Source: a virus
Taxonomy: Duplodnaviria > Caudoviricetes
Length of the DNA: 64,000 nucleotides
Strand: one strand, 5' to 3'
IMG/VR virus record: IMGVR_UViG_3300043391_000370
Location: 17,703 to 81,702 of that record
Part shown: in pieces, positions 45,814-55,577 of the stretch
Layout of the letters: every line of letters starts with the position of its first letter
Position numbering within the stretch: position 1 is the stretch's first letter
Notes under the pieces: generated by a model
The model's database searches: none
Told to the model about the DNA's origin: nothing
Seen by the model: only the letters and a program-made list of their open reading frames with translations
Program-made: the position numbers and the translations under genes

Positions 45814-47604
45814 CTACCACCAAGTAATTTTCACATAACCATCACCACCATTACCACCATTACCAAAAGTACTTCCAATCGAAGCACCACCACCTCCACC
45901 ACCACCTCTGATACCATTACCACCAGTTGCGGCAATTGATACACTTGCTCCTGCACCACCACCACCAAAACCATAAGGAAGTCCAGTAATTGCAGTTGCA
46001 CTACTTCCATTTGTTCCTAATGATGACCCACCAGATACTGATGTCGTATTTCCATAAAAATTAATTGTTCCACCGGCACCACCAGATGTTGTTGTGATTC
46101 CTGCACCAGATCCACCACCGGTTGCCTGATATTGATTGGAAGATGTAAGTGCAGTATATCCAATACCACCTGTATTATTTGCACCCGAGAGTCCGATGGT
46201 AGTGTAATAATAATTGGTGATTGCAGTTTGTGCGATACCTGGTGTTTGTCCAGGACTACCAGATGCAGTTAAATTATAAGTTCCTCCGGGGCCAGTCCAG
46301 GATACCGTGGTTCCGGCACCTGCAGAACCTCTAGCAGCATCCGTACTTCCACCAGAACCACCAACCCCAGGATTGACTGTAAGATTCGAACTTACAATAT
46401 TTTTCGGAATGTACCAGGAAGTATAAGAACCAGAACCACCACCGACTCCTCCTGTCTGATAATATGAGACTGCTAGAGTTCCACTAGCACCCCCGGCAAC
46501 ATAAATGTTATTAGCATATGTTATAGAAGTAACAGATGATGTACCAAATCCAGAAGTTCTTAATGTCCAGGCAATTGCATTTGTTGAAGTGTTTAGAACT
46601 CCAGAAATACCACCAGCAACATAAAAATTATTTGCATAGACAAGAATATTGATAGTTGTTGCACCAAATCCAGAAGTTCTTTGTGTCCAACGGATTGAGT
46701 CTGTTGAAGTTGCTAAAGTTCCAGAAGCACCACCGGCAACATAAGTATTGTTTGCATAAATTAAAGAAGTAATCTGTGAATTACCAGATCCAGTAGTTCT
46801 TTGTGTCCAGAAGATAGCATTTGTAGAAGTGGTTAGAACTCCACCAGTACCACCAGCAACATAAGTATTGTTTGCATAAAGTACGGAAATAATAGATGTT
46901 GCACCGAATCCAGAAGTTCTTTGTGTCCAACGGATTGAGTCTGTTGAAGTTGCTAAAGTTCCAGAAGCACCACCGGCAACATAAGTATTGTTTCCATAAT
47001 GTAATATTTGAATGCTAGTTGATCCAAATCCAGAAGTTCTTTGAGTCCAAGTGATTGCATCTGTTGAAGTGGTTAGTGTCGCAGCAATACCATTAGCATA
47101 ATAATTATTGTTTAAATAAGTTAAGAAAAGAATCTGTGATGTACCAAATCCAGAAGTTCTAAAAGTCCAGGCAACCGAATCTGTAGAAGTGATTAATATT
47201 CCATTATTACCACCGGCAACATAAGTATTGTTTCCATAAACTAATGATTGAATTGCATTCGTACCAAATCCAGAAGTTCTAAATGTCCAAGTAACTGCTG
47301 CTTGTTCCGTGGTTTGTCCTGCACTTCCACCACCACCAGCACCGATTGCCTCAATATACAACATATTTGCCTGATTTGGAACCGTAAAGGTTTGTGCTCC
47401 GGTTGATGTAAACTCCTGATAATTGGTAACATAATCCCAGGATGTTGTCGTCCCATCAGTTGTGGTTAAAAACTTTCCGGCATTACCAGTCTGTGATGGT
47501 AATGTTTGATTCAGTTTTAAATCTACATATGCCTTATTTGGAACATCAGTCGGTTGTGTAAATGATGTGATTCCTTGAATTGAACTAGAAGTAATTGTAA
47601 TCAT
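45814..47604 (-). CDS. Gly-rich scaffold protein with one 7-repeat insert (596 aa)
   Basis: FTVP..YIEAIGAGGGG, then 7 repeats, then GGGSGSY..GDGYVKITWW. Confidence 0.85.
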   Translation of the reverse strand: MITITSSSIQGITSFTQPTDVPNKAYVDLKLNQTLPSQTGNAGKFLTTTDGTTTSWDYVTNYQEFTSTGAQTFTVPNQANMLYIEAIGAGGGGSAGQTTEQAAVTWTFRTSGFGTNAIQSLVYGNNTYVAGGNNGILITSTDSVAWTFRTSGFGTSQILFLTYLNNNYYANGIAATLTTSTDAITWTQRTSGFGSTSIQILHYGNNTYVAGGASGTLATSTDSIRWTQRTSGFGATSIISVLYANNTYVAGGTGGVLTTSTNAIFWTQRTTGSGNSQITSLIYANNTYVAGGASGTLATSTDSIRWTQRTSGFGATTINILVYANNFYVAGGISGVLNTSTNAIAWTLRTSGFGTSSVTSITYANNIYVAGGASGTLAVSYYQTGGVGGGSGSYTSWYIPKNIVSSNLTVNPGVGGSGGSTDAARGSAGAGTTVSWTGPGGTYNLTASGSPGQTPGIAQTAITNYYYTTIGLSGANNTGGIGYTALTSSNQYQATGGGSGAGITTTSGGAGGTINFYGNTTSVSGGSSLGTNGSSATAITGLPYGFGGGGAGASVSIAATGGNGIRGGGGGGGASIGSTFGNGGNGGDGYVKITWW

Positions 47605-47616
47605 TTGTTTTCCTCC

Positions 47617-50307
47617 TTACCACCAACTGATACGAACATAACCATCACCACCAGTACCACCGGCACCAACAGTACCGGTAGTGGATTCAAATGCACCACC
47701 ACCACCTCCACCACCCTTGACTCCATAACCACCATAACCCGCAACTGCCGAGTCTGGTGAATTAAATAAACTACCCAGATTACCGGCAGCAAAATAATTC
47801 ATGTTATTATATAAAATTGAAAAAATTGAACTAGAAACCGTTCTTGCTGTCCATACAATTGAATCTGTTGATGTTGATAGTCTTGGAAAAAAACCACCGG
47901 CAAGATATAAATTATTTCCATAAGTTACAGTTCTTATACTATTTGTATAACCAGAAGTTCTTAAAGTCCAGGTGATTGCATCTGTTGAAGTGTTTAGAAC
48001 TCCATTACCAACACCAAGAAAATAGATATTGTTTGCATAAATTGTAGTAATAATTGGTAAAGAAGGAGTTCCAGAAGTTCTTAGAGTCCAGGTGATTGTA
48101 TCTGTTGAAGTTGCTAAAGTTCCAGAATCACCACCAGCAACATAGGCATTCGTTTTTCCTGGTGCATAATTCAAAGATAAAATGTTTATTGTACCAAAAC
48201 CAGAAGTTCTATAAGTCCAGGTGATTGCATCTGTTGAAGTGGTCAATACTCCACCATAACCAGCAGCATAATACTTATTATTTGCATTTATAATTGTATG
48301 AATATTAGAAGTACCAAACCCAGAAGTTCTTTGAGTCCAAGTAATTGTATCTGTTGAAGTGGTCAATACTCCACCATCACTAGCATCTGTAGTTCCACCT
48401 CCACCGGCAACATAAGTATTGTTTGCATAAGTAACTGCAAGTATACTAGTTGTACCAAATCCAGAAGTTCTATAAGTCCAGGTGATTGCATCTGTTGAAG
48501 TGGTTAAACAACCACCCTCACCAACAGAAACATAAGTACTGTTTCCAAAAATAATTGCTCTTATGGTACTTGTACCAAACCCAGAAGTTCTTGTTGCCCA
48601 TATGACTCCACCAGAACTTTGTGCTCCTCCACCACCTCCACCACCTCCATAAGAAAGTCCTACACGGAACTTGGGATTTGTACCATAAACACCATTAGGA
48701 GTATTTGTTGCAGTATTTCCATAAAAACTAATCGTTCCATTAGAACCACCAAAACTTCCTCCTCCTTCACTTACTCCTCCCCCACCACCACCAGTTGTTT
48801 GAAAAGATAATGTTGCACCTATTGCATTAGCACCGGCAACAGTTTCAAAAACACTTCCAGTACCACCGACAGTTCCTGCAGTTGCCTGAAGATAATTTGT
48901 GGTTGCTGCAGGTATTGTTCCACCAGCACCACCATTAGGAATTACAATATTAGTTCCAGGACTTCCACCATTTGCCGATAGAGTATAAGTTCCTGATGGG
49001 CCAGTCCAGGATACTGTGGTTGCTGCTCCTACTGTATTTGAAGTTCCACCAGAACCAACATTTACAGTAAGTGTTGACCCAGTAATATATGCCTTTGAAA
49101 TCTTCCAGGATGCTGATGCTCCTCCACCTCCTCCACCACCTGAGAATCCTGATACTGTTGTTGGTGAGATTGTTAGAGTTCCACCAGCACCAGCAGCAAG
49201 ATAAGTATTATTCTGATAAAAAACTGTAAATATACTACTTGTACCAAATCCAGAAGTTCTTTGAGTCCAGACAATCGTATCTGTTGAAGTTGCTAATAAT
49301 CCACCATCACTAGAAGCAAGGTAAGTATTATTTCCAAAAGTTATGTCAGTTATACGACTTGAACCGAATCCAGAAAATCTTTGAATCCAGGTAATCGTAT
49401 CCGTTGAAGTGGTTAGAGTTCCACCATTACCACAAGCAACATAAAGATTGTTTACATAACGTAACATACTAATAAGTGATGTACCAAATCCAGAAGTTCT
49501 ATAAGTCCAGGTGATTGCATCTGTTGAAGTGGTCAAAGTTCCAATATTGCCACCAGCAAAATAAGTATTGTTTGCATAAAGTAGTGGGGTAAGAGTTGTT
49601 GTACCAAATCCAGAAGTTCTTTGAGTCCAGGCAATTGTATCTGTTGAAGTGGTTATAAGTCCACCATTACCACCGGCAACATAAAGATTATTTCCATAAG
49701 CAAGTGCTGTTAAACTAGTTGTACCAAATCCAGAAGTTCTTTGTGTCCAGGAAATTGTATCTGTTGAAGTTGCTAATAATCCACCATCACCGCAGGCAAC
49801 ATAAAGATCATTTGAGTAGATAATTGAAGCTGATCTAGTTGAACCAAATCCAGAAGTTCTTTGAACCCAAGTGATTGAATCTGTTGAACTATACATAACT
49901 CCAACAGTACCGACAGAAGTATAAAAACTGTTTGCATAAACAATTGAAATGATTTGGTTTCCAGATCCAGAAGTTCTTTGAGTCCATAAAGTTCCTGGTT
50001 GATAAGAAACTCCACTATTATTTCCAGATGCTCCTCCACCACCGGCACCCGTTGCTTCAATTAAAAACTCTTTTGCCTGATTCGGTACAGTAAAGGTATA
50101 ATTTCCTGCTGCTGTGTATTCTTGTACTCCATCAATTGGTTGCCAAGAAGTATTACTACCATCAGTAAATAAGAACTGATTAGTTTTTCCCGATACAGAA
50201 GGTAATGAACTCGGTAGATTATCAACATATTGCTTAATGACAGCATCAGTCGAACTGATTGATGTAGTAATTCCTGTGATACTAGTTAAACCTACCTGTA
50301 CTGGCAT
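47617..50307 (-). CDS. Gly-rich scaffold protein with two 7-repeat inserts (896 aa)
   Basis: Same scaffold ending GDGYVRISWW. Confidence 0.85.
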   Translation of the reverse strand: MPVQVGLTSITGITTSISSTDAVIKQYVDNLPSSLPSVSGKTNQFLFTDGSNTSWQPIDGVQEYTAAGNYTFTVPNQAKEFLIEATGAGGGGASGNNSGVSYQPGTLWTQRTSGSGNQIISIVYANSFYTSVGTVGVMYSSTDSITWVQRTSGFGSTRSASIIYSNDLYVACGDGGLLATSTDTISWTQRTSGFGTTSLTALAYGNNLYVAGGNGGLITTSTDTIAWTQRTSGFGTTTLTPLLYANNTYFAGGNIGTLTTSTDAITWTYRTSGFGTSLISMLRYVNNLYVACGNGGTLTTSTDTITWIQRFSGFGSSRITDITFGNNTYLASSDGGLLATSTDTIVWTQRTSGFGTSSIFTVFYQNNTYLAAGAGGTLTISPTTVSGFSGGGGGGGASASWKISKAYITGSTLTVNVGSGGTSNTVGAATTVSWTGPSGTYTLSANGGSPGTNIVIPNGGAGGTIPAATTNYLQATAGTVGGTGSVFETVAGANAIGATLSFQTTGGGGGGVSEGGGSFGGSNGTISFYGNTATNTPNGVYGTNPKFRVGLSYGGGGGGGGAQSSGGVIWATRTSGFGTSTIRAIIFGNSTYVSVGEGGCLTTSTDAITWTYRTSGFGTTSILAVTYANNTYVAGGGGTTDASDGGVLTTSTDTITWTQRTSGFGTSNIHTIINANNKYYAAGYGGVLTTSTDAITWTYRTSGFGTINILSLNYAPGKTNAYVAGGDSGTLATSTDTITWTLRTSGTPSLPIITTIYANNIYFLGVGNGVLNTSTDAITWTLRTSGYTNSIRTVTYGNNLYLAGGFFPRLSTSTDSIVWTARTVSSSIFSILYNNMNYFAAGNLGSLFNSPDSAVAGYGGYGVKGGGGGGGAFESTTGTVGAGGTGGDGYVRISWW

Positions 50308-50308
50308 A

Positions 50309-52132
50309 TCAAATATCTCCTACCTTTCTTTCCAGTTCTTCTATTCTTTGATTCTGTTCTTTAATTGCTTCAATCAAAAGTCCAATAAGATTTGCATAAG
50401 CAACTGATTTTGTTTCATAATCTGGATACTCACCTTTTGGATATACAACTTCCGGAATTACTTCTTCAACTTCCTGAGCAATTACACCAATCTGATGCTC
50501 CCCATTATCTATACGATCATATTCAACACCACGAAGTGATAAGACTTTACTCAGAGCATTGTCAATTGTTCTTACATTTTCTTTGAGTTTTATATCAGAG
50601 TTTGCGGTTACTGTTCCTGATGCAAGAATATTTCCAACGACATGTAATGATTGTGTCGGTGCCGAGATTCCTACACCCAAAGAACCAGAAATATAAGCAC
50701 CACCAGTAACTTGAAGTCTTTGTAGTGCTATTCCTGTCGAAGTTCCACTTCCAATTAATACTGGGCCATTTGTAATGGTTGAAATACCAGCAATTTGAAT
50801 ATTAGTTATATTGGAATTAGTACTAGTCAATACTGTAATCGTACCAACACCGGCATTAACTTGCCCACTAAAAGTTGTTGCGGTAATAACACCAACAAAC
50901 TTGGCATTACCAATTACATCAACTTTTACTTGTGGACTTGCACTACCTATACCCAGGTTTCCAGTCGAAGGAACAAAGGACAGAAAAGTATTAATTCCAA
51001 TTGCAGTTGTAGAAGCACTAGAAACAAATGCAAGATACTGTGAAGTGCTTGATGTTGATGTGGAAATTGAAAAAGTACCAGCCAACCCAATAAGAGAATC
51101 TGCTGAAATATTTGTGAGTCCAGATCCATTACCATAATAAAAGACTGTGGATACACCAGGACTTGGTGATGTTATAATTCCAGATGAAATCTTAACAGAT
51201 CCTAATGTACTGATTCCGGTTGCAACAATATTAGGAACATAAAGTAGATTATCATAAACTGTAAATCCAACACCAACGGTCAGACGACTTCCACTAATAA
51301 CTGTTGATGTATTACCAATTGAAAGAGCATAATTACTTACCCAGGCATCAGTACCCATTCCAGAATAGGCACCTGCCCTAATCCACATAAATTGCTTATA
51401 TGTGAATGGAAAACTATTGATACCTACTTGTATTGGAAAATTGATTAATGGGTTTCCTACAGTACTCGCAACCGCAATACCACCATGAGTTGCCGTAAGA
51501 TCTGTGGAAATCTCATTTTCAGTTAAATCAGTAGTAACTCCAAGAACAATATCTCTGTCTCTAATTTGTAACGTAGTTGCACTTAAGGTTGTAGAAGTAC
51601 CTCCAATACTAACAGTTCCAGTAACATTTAGATTTCCATTAATACTCAGTCCATTTGATTGAGTAATTACGCTTCCAGGAGCAACTCCCGTTAAGTATTG
51701 CGCATCATTCGAAACTGTAATTGTTGAAATATTACCACTAACAGTAGCAGAAATATTTGATCCAACAAAGTTTAATATGGAAACACTTCCTGCTGCTCCA
51801 ATAATGGAACCCTCATCAGAAATAGTAATTCCATTAAAAGCACCTGATACAGCATTTATCGATGCCCAATAAGGATCTTGTCCACCACCACCAGTAACTA
51901 AAACATTACCAGATGATCCCGGAGATAACAATGCTGTTGCATTAGTTCCGGATTGAAATGGAATAGATCCTCTTGTCCCACCATTAATATTTGCTGCACT
52001 TATTGCACTTGTTGCAGTTCCAGTAAATGATAATGCACTAACTATACCAGTAAATAACCCATTACCAACAACATGTAATGGTACGATTGGGTTAGTGATT
52101 CCTATACCAGTATTAGCTTTTAAAAGTGCCAT
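50309..52132 (-). CDS. Tail fibre with C-terminal intramolecular chaperone (peptidase S74-like)
   Basis: SDIKLKENVRTIDNALSKVLSLRGV.Y..IGVIAQEVEEVIPEVV..SVAYANLIGLLIEAIKE. Confidence 0.85.
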   Translation of the reverse strand: MALLKANTGIGITNPIVPLHVVGNGLFTGIVSALSFTGTATSAISAANINGGTRGSIPFQSGTNATALLSPGSSGNVLVTGGGGQDPYWASINAVSGAFNGITISDEGSIIGAAGSVSILNFVGSNISATVSGNISTITVSNDAQYLTGVAPGSVITQSNGLSINGNLNVTGTVSIGGTSTTLSATTLQIRDRDIVLGVTTDLTENEISTDLTATHGGIAVASTVGNPLINFPIQVGINSFPFTYKQFMWIRAGAYSGMGTDAWVSNYALSIGNTSTVISGSRLTVGVGFTVYDNLLYVPNIVATGISTLGSVKISSGIITSPSPGVSTVFYYGNGSGLTNISADSLIGLAGTFSISTSTSSTSQYLAFVSSASTTAIGINTFLSFVPSTGNLGIGSASPQVKVDVIGNAKFVGVITATTFSGQVNAGVGTITVLTSTNSNITNIQIAGISTITNGPVLIGSGTSTGIALQRLQVTGGAYISGSLGVGISAPTQSLHVVGNILASGTVTANSDIKLKENVRTIDNALSKVLSLRGVEYDRIDNGEHQIGVIAQEVEEVIPEVVYPKGEYPDYETKSVAYANLIGLLIEAIKEQNQRIEELERKVGDI

Positions 52133-52169
52133 CTTTTCTTCTTATATAAATCTATTTATTGGTTATAAT

Positions 52170-53216
52170 TTAGGCATCACCCGTAAACATAAATCCAACA
52201 TAATTAGTAGTTTCAACTTTAGATCCTGCCCAATATAAAATGGCACTTGAATCAGTATTATTATAATTTCCAAACCCATAACCATTTGCTGTTCTATAAT
52301 CAGGACCATCGTTACCATCCACCTTTCCACCAATAGCATATGCCCACATTCCATCATCAAAAGAAAAGTTTGATTCTGTATAATATCCGGTTATTTCACT
52401 AGGAGTTTGGTTATTACTAAATCCCCATCCGGCATTTCCAGTTGTGTCTGATGCCACAACATTTCCAGATGGATCAATAACAACTTGATAGATTCTCATA
52501 TAATCTAATGGGTTTAATGGTACATCAAAAATATTTTTAGTAAAAATTACATCTTTACCATTAGTCAGTACATTATTTGAAATATTAATTGTGTCATTGG
52601 TAAAAATCCATAACATAATCCCACGAAATCCATTTGTGGTTCCATCATATATTGCTGCTGCCATCCACCTTTTACCATCAATTTCTGGATATCCATAATT
52701 TGCCCCATTCTCCATATACACTATTTCCTTTCCGGTAGAAAGTCCATAAAATATCGAAGTATTATATGCAAATCCAGGAGTAGTAAATGTATATTTTCCG
52801 GTAGGACTACCAAATCCAGGAAGTTGTTCAGAATTAAAATCGTTTGTTGCTACGGCAAAAACATTAAAGGATGGATGTGAAGACTGAATCACACTTTGGA
52901 CATTTTTAAAATCAGTGCTAGTAACTGATGTAATTGTTTTTAAAGTGGAAGATGCTGACACTAAACCACCAAATATATCTGTGGAAAATGACAATAATCT
53001 TTCATCAAAATAATTATATGCTAAGATTTTTTTATCATTCTTAATTCTCAAACGAACATTAAATTGCAAGTCTGAAGATGTATTTTCATCGAATTGTGAT
53101 GCATACATTACCCCATCAGTAGTAATACCAGCATTTCGAGTTGGATCGGAAAGTTCATCAATTACAGTATAAACCTGCATCACTCCGTTAGAATTAAGTC
53201 TTCCTACGATTGCCAT
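52170..53216 (-). CDS. Hypothetical (probably structural) protein, 348 aa
   Basis: ORF track; ATG/TAA coupling in the structural operon. Confidence 0.7.
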   Translation of the reverse strand: MAIVGRLNSNGVMQVYTVIDELSDPTRNAGITTDGVMYASQFDENTSSDLQFNVRLRIKNDKKILAYNYFDERLLSFSTDIFGGLVSASSTLKTITSVTSTDFKNVQSVIQSSHPSFNVFAVATNDFNSEQLPGFGSPTGKYTFTTPGFAYNTSIFYGLSTGKEIVYMENGANYGYPEIDGKRWMAAAIYDGTTNGFRGIMLWIFTNDTINISNNVLTNGKDVIFTKNIFDVPLNPLDYMRIYQVVIDPSGNVVASDTTGNAGWGFSNNQTPSEITGYYTESNFSFDDGMWAYAIGGKVDGNDGPDYRTANGYGFGNYNNTDSSAILYWAGSKVETTNYVGFMFTGDA

Positions 53217-55231
53217 TATACAAATATAAAGTCAAGTGAGTTTAGAGAAATATTGTATTGCATATAAAAACGATTTGAAGCACCCGCAGATTGAATACCA
53301 ATTGTTCCAATTACGTCCAGATTTTCTCTGGGTGTTCCGGTTCCTATTCCAAGTTTATTAGTAGAAGGAATGAACGACAATTTAGTTGTAGAAATACCAA
53401 GACTTGAGACTCCAATATTACCTGCCAGAGTAGGATATATTATAGAAGAAACTGGGTCTTGAGGTGTAATTGTAAGTTGCGCACCAACTCCAGTTAAATT
53501 AGAACCATCACCATAATAAGTAACAACACCAGAAGTGGCAGTAACAATACCAGAAGATATTTGTACCGTTCCAAATGTAGAAACACCAGATACACTTAAA
53601 GAAGTTACAGAAGCAATCCCACCGATAACATTTGTTGATACTCCTGCTACTGTGGCATAAGTTGCTATGCCTGCTCTATCAGCATAGATTGCATTAGTGG
53701 CAAGGGTTGCTATGCCTGCAACATTCGCGTAATCAGCAGAGCTTGCTATACCCGATGCATTCGCATAAGTGGCAAGAGTTGCTATGCCCGATGCATTCGC
53801 ATAAGTGGCAAGAGTTGCTATGCCTGCAACATTCGCATAATCTACTATTCCAGTAATAGCAGATGCCTGAATATTAGTTAGATTGAAACCATCACCATAA
53901 TAAGTAACAACACCAGAAGTGGCAGTAACAATACCAGAAGATATTTGTACCGTTCCAAGTGTAGAGATACCAGATACTGATAATGATATTACTGATGTAG
54001 TATCACCTATAAACTGTGATGCAGATACAATCCCAGTTACTCTTGCATCTCCTTGCAAATGTAAATTATAAGTACCTAAATCAGTCGTTCCTATTCCAAC
54101 TCGCCCAGATATATAAGCATCCTGCGGAGTTGATGCTGCACCAACTTGAAGTCTTATGTTAGTTCTACCTTCTGTACTTAAAGGATTTCCAGTTCCAACA
54201 AATACTCTACCACCATTTGGTGCAAGATAAGTATTGCCCGTATTAAGATTAATAACTATTCCATTTACTTCTCCCCCAGCACCTTGAGTTGTAGCAAATC
54301 CAACTGGTTGTCTCTTAACAACGAAAACATTAGAATCTGCCCAACCACCACTATTTCTCGTATCAATTCTAAAAATACCACCAGGAAAATTAGTATCCCT
54401 AATAGATTCTAATTGCATCACATTAACACCATAAGATAATAGTCTGCCATTTACTTCTGTAAATAATGCTGACCTATATGATGTTAATCCACCCTGACTA
54501 ATACCACTTTGTGATGGAATAAATGCTAGTCCATTATCAGTAGTTTGATTAATATCGGTAACATCACCAAATCTTACAAATCCATCACCAGTCCAAACGT
54601 CAAGTGGTGCTCTTGGATTTGTTGTACCAATTCCAAGGTAATTTAATCCTGGATTAAATACAATCGAATTACTAGATACGACAATAGTAGAGATTGTACC
54701 GGAAGATACTGGAGATAATAATGGATAATAAAAATTATTGTCATCAATATCTGATATTATATTTGGTGCCGCATTCAAATTTGTTAATGAAGCTCCAGAT
54801 CCCACAAATGCAGTTGCAGTTACAATTCCAGTAAAATATGCATTAGATGCAGTAATAAATCCTAGTGTAGAAATGCCAGTAACTTGGAGTTGAGTTACTG
54901 ATGCAATTCCACCGATGACATTTGTTGCTATGCCTGCTCTATCAGAATAAGTAGCAACTCCAACACCAGCAGGATTAACCCACAAAGTTCCAGTTGTTGT
55001 AGATTGAAGTACTTGACCTAAGTTTCCCGGAAGATTAGTACTGTCATAAATTGCACCAGCAATCCTGGCATTTCCTTGAACATGTAAGGATTGGGATGGA
55101 TTTATGGTTCCAATTCCAACTGAACTGGAAATATAGGCACCACCAGTCACTTCCAATACTGTCAGATTCTCAGTATAAGAAGTAATACCTACCCTTAGAT
55201 TTCTTTGGCGATTGCTGGTGTATTTTGGCAT
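53216..55231 (-). CDS. Tail-fibre-like virion protein (671 aa)
   Basis: VGIGT.NP and GISTLGTVQISSGIVTAT motifs; GIATLATYANAS repeats. Confidence 0.8.
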   Translation of the reverse strand: MPKYTSNRQRNLRVGITSYTENLTVLEVTGGAYISSSVGIGTINPSQSLHVQGNARIAGAIYDSTNLPGNLGQVLQSTTTGTLWVNPAGVGVATYSDRAGIATNVIGGIASVTQLQVTGISTLGFITASNAYFTGIVTATAFVGSGASLTNLNAAPNIISDIDDNNFYYPLLSPVSSGTISTIVVSSNSIVFNPGLNYLGIGTTNPRAPLDVWTGDGFVRFGDVTDINQTTDNGLAFIPSQSGISQGGLTSYRSALFTEVNGRLLSYGVNVMQLESIRDTNFPGGIFRIDTRNSGGWADSNVFVVKRQPVGFATTQGAGGEVNGIVINLNTGNTYLAPNGGRVFVGTGNPLSTEGRTNIRLQVGAASTPQDAYISGRVGIGTTDLGTYNLHLQGDARVTGIVSASQFIGDTTSVISLSVSGISTLGTVQISSGIVTATSGVVTYYGDGFNLTNIQASAITGIVDYANVAGIATLATYANASGIATLATYANASGIASSADYANVAGIATLATNAIYADRAGIATYATVAGVSTNVIGGIASVTSLSVSGVSTFGTVQISSGIVTATSGVVTYYGDGSNLTGVGAQLTITPQDPVSSIIYPTLAGNIGVSSLGISTTKLSFIPSTNKLGIGTGTPRENLDVIGTIGIQSAGASNRFYMQYNISLNSLDFIFV
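53503..53958. repeat. 72-bp exact direct repeat (53503-53574, 53887-53958) flanking a 36-bp tandem repeat (53751-53824)
   Basis: Direct base-by-base comparison. Confidence 0.85.
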
Positions 55232-55232
55232 T

Positions 55233-55574
55233 TTAGTTGAGTGTCTCTAGGATACTTCCGATAAACTTAATATTAGAACTGTTGCTTGCAGATAAAACAA
55301 GAGCATCACCAGATTCCAAAGTTAGTTTTCCCTGAAATAAAGAGGTTGAATCATTTCCCTGAAGTGGAAAATCCTTTAAAATCTCAGTCGTAACTGCAAT
55401 ACCCAAAGTGGTTCTTTGATGAGAGAGTGAAATTGTATGAGTATTTGAACTAACATTTGCACATTGTGCCAAAAGGACAACACCACTATATCCAACGGGT
55501 GCTGTATAAATCCCAACTGGACTTGTTGATGCTATTTTTGTAACTGTTTTAAATACATTTAATGGTAATGCCAT
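55233..55574 (-). CDS. Small virion structural protein (113 aa)
   Basis: IYTAPVGYSGVVLLAQCANV..GKLTLESGD; paralog of 1888..2547. Confidence 0.75.
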   Translation of the reverse strand: MALPLNVFKTVTKIASTSPVGIYTAPVGYSGVVLLAQCANVSSNTHTISLSHQRTTLGIAVTTEILKDFPLQGNDSTSLFQGKLTLESGDALVLSASNSSNIKFIGSILETLN

Positions 55575-55577
55575 TTT

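Larger units (their letters stand above)
32369..50307 (-). repeat. Coding repeat region, ~120-bp (40-aa) degenerate unit across four genes
   Basis: Recurrent ccaaatccagaagttct..gtccaggtgattgcatctgttgaagt. Confidence 0.95.

Noticed and set aside
32369-50307. CRISPR array or diversity-generating retroelement
   Set aside because: The repeats are degenerate, in frame and protein coding. There are no constant repeat/unique spacer pairs, no reverse transcriptase in the window, and no adenine-specific TR/VR pair was seen.
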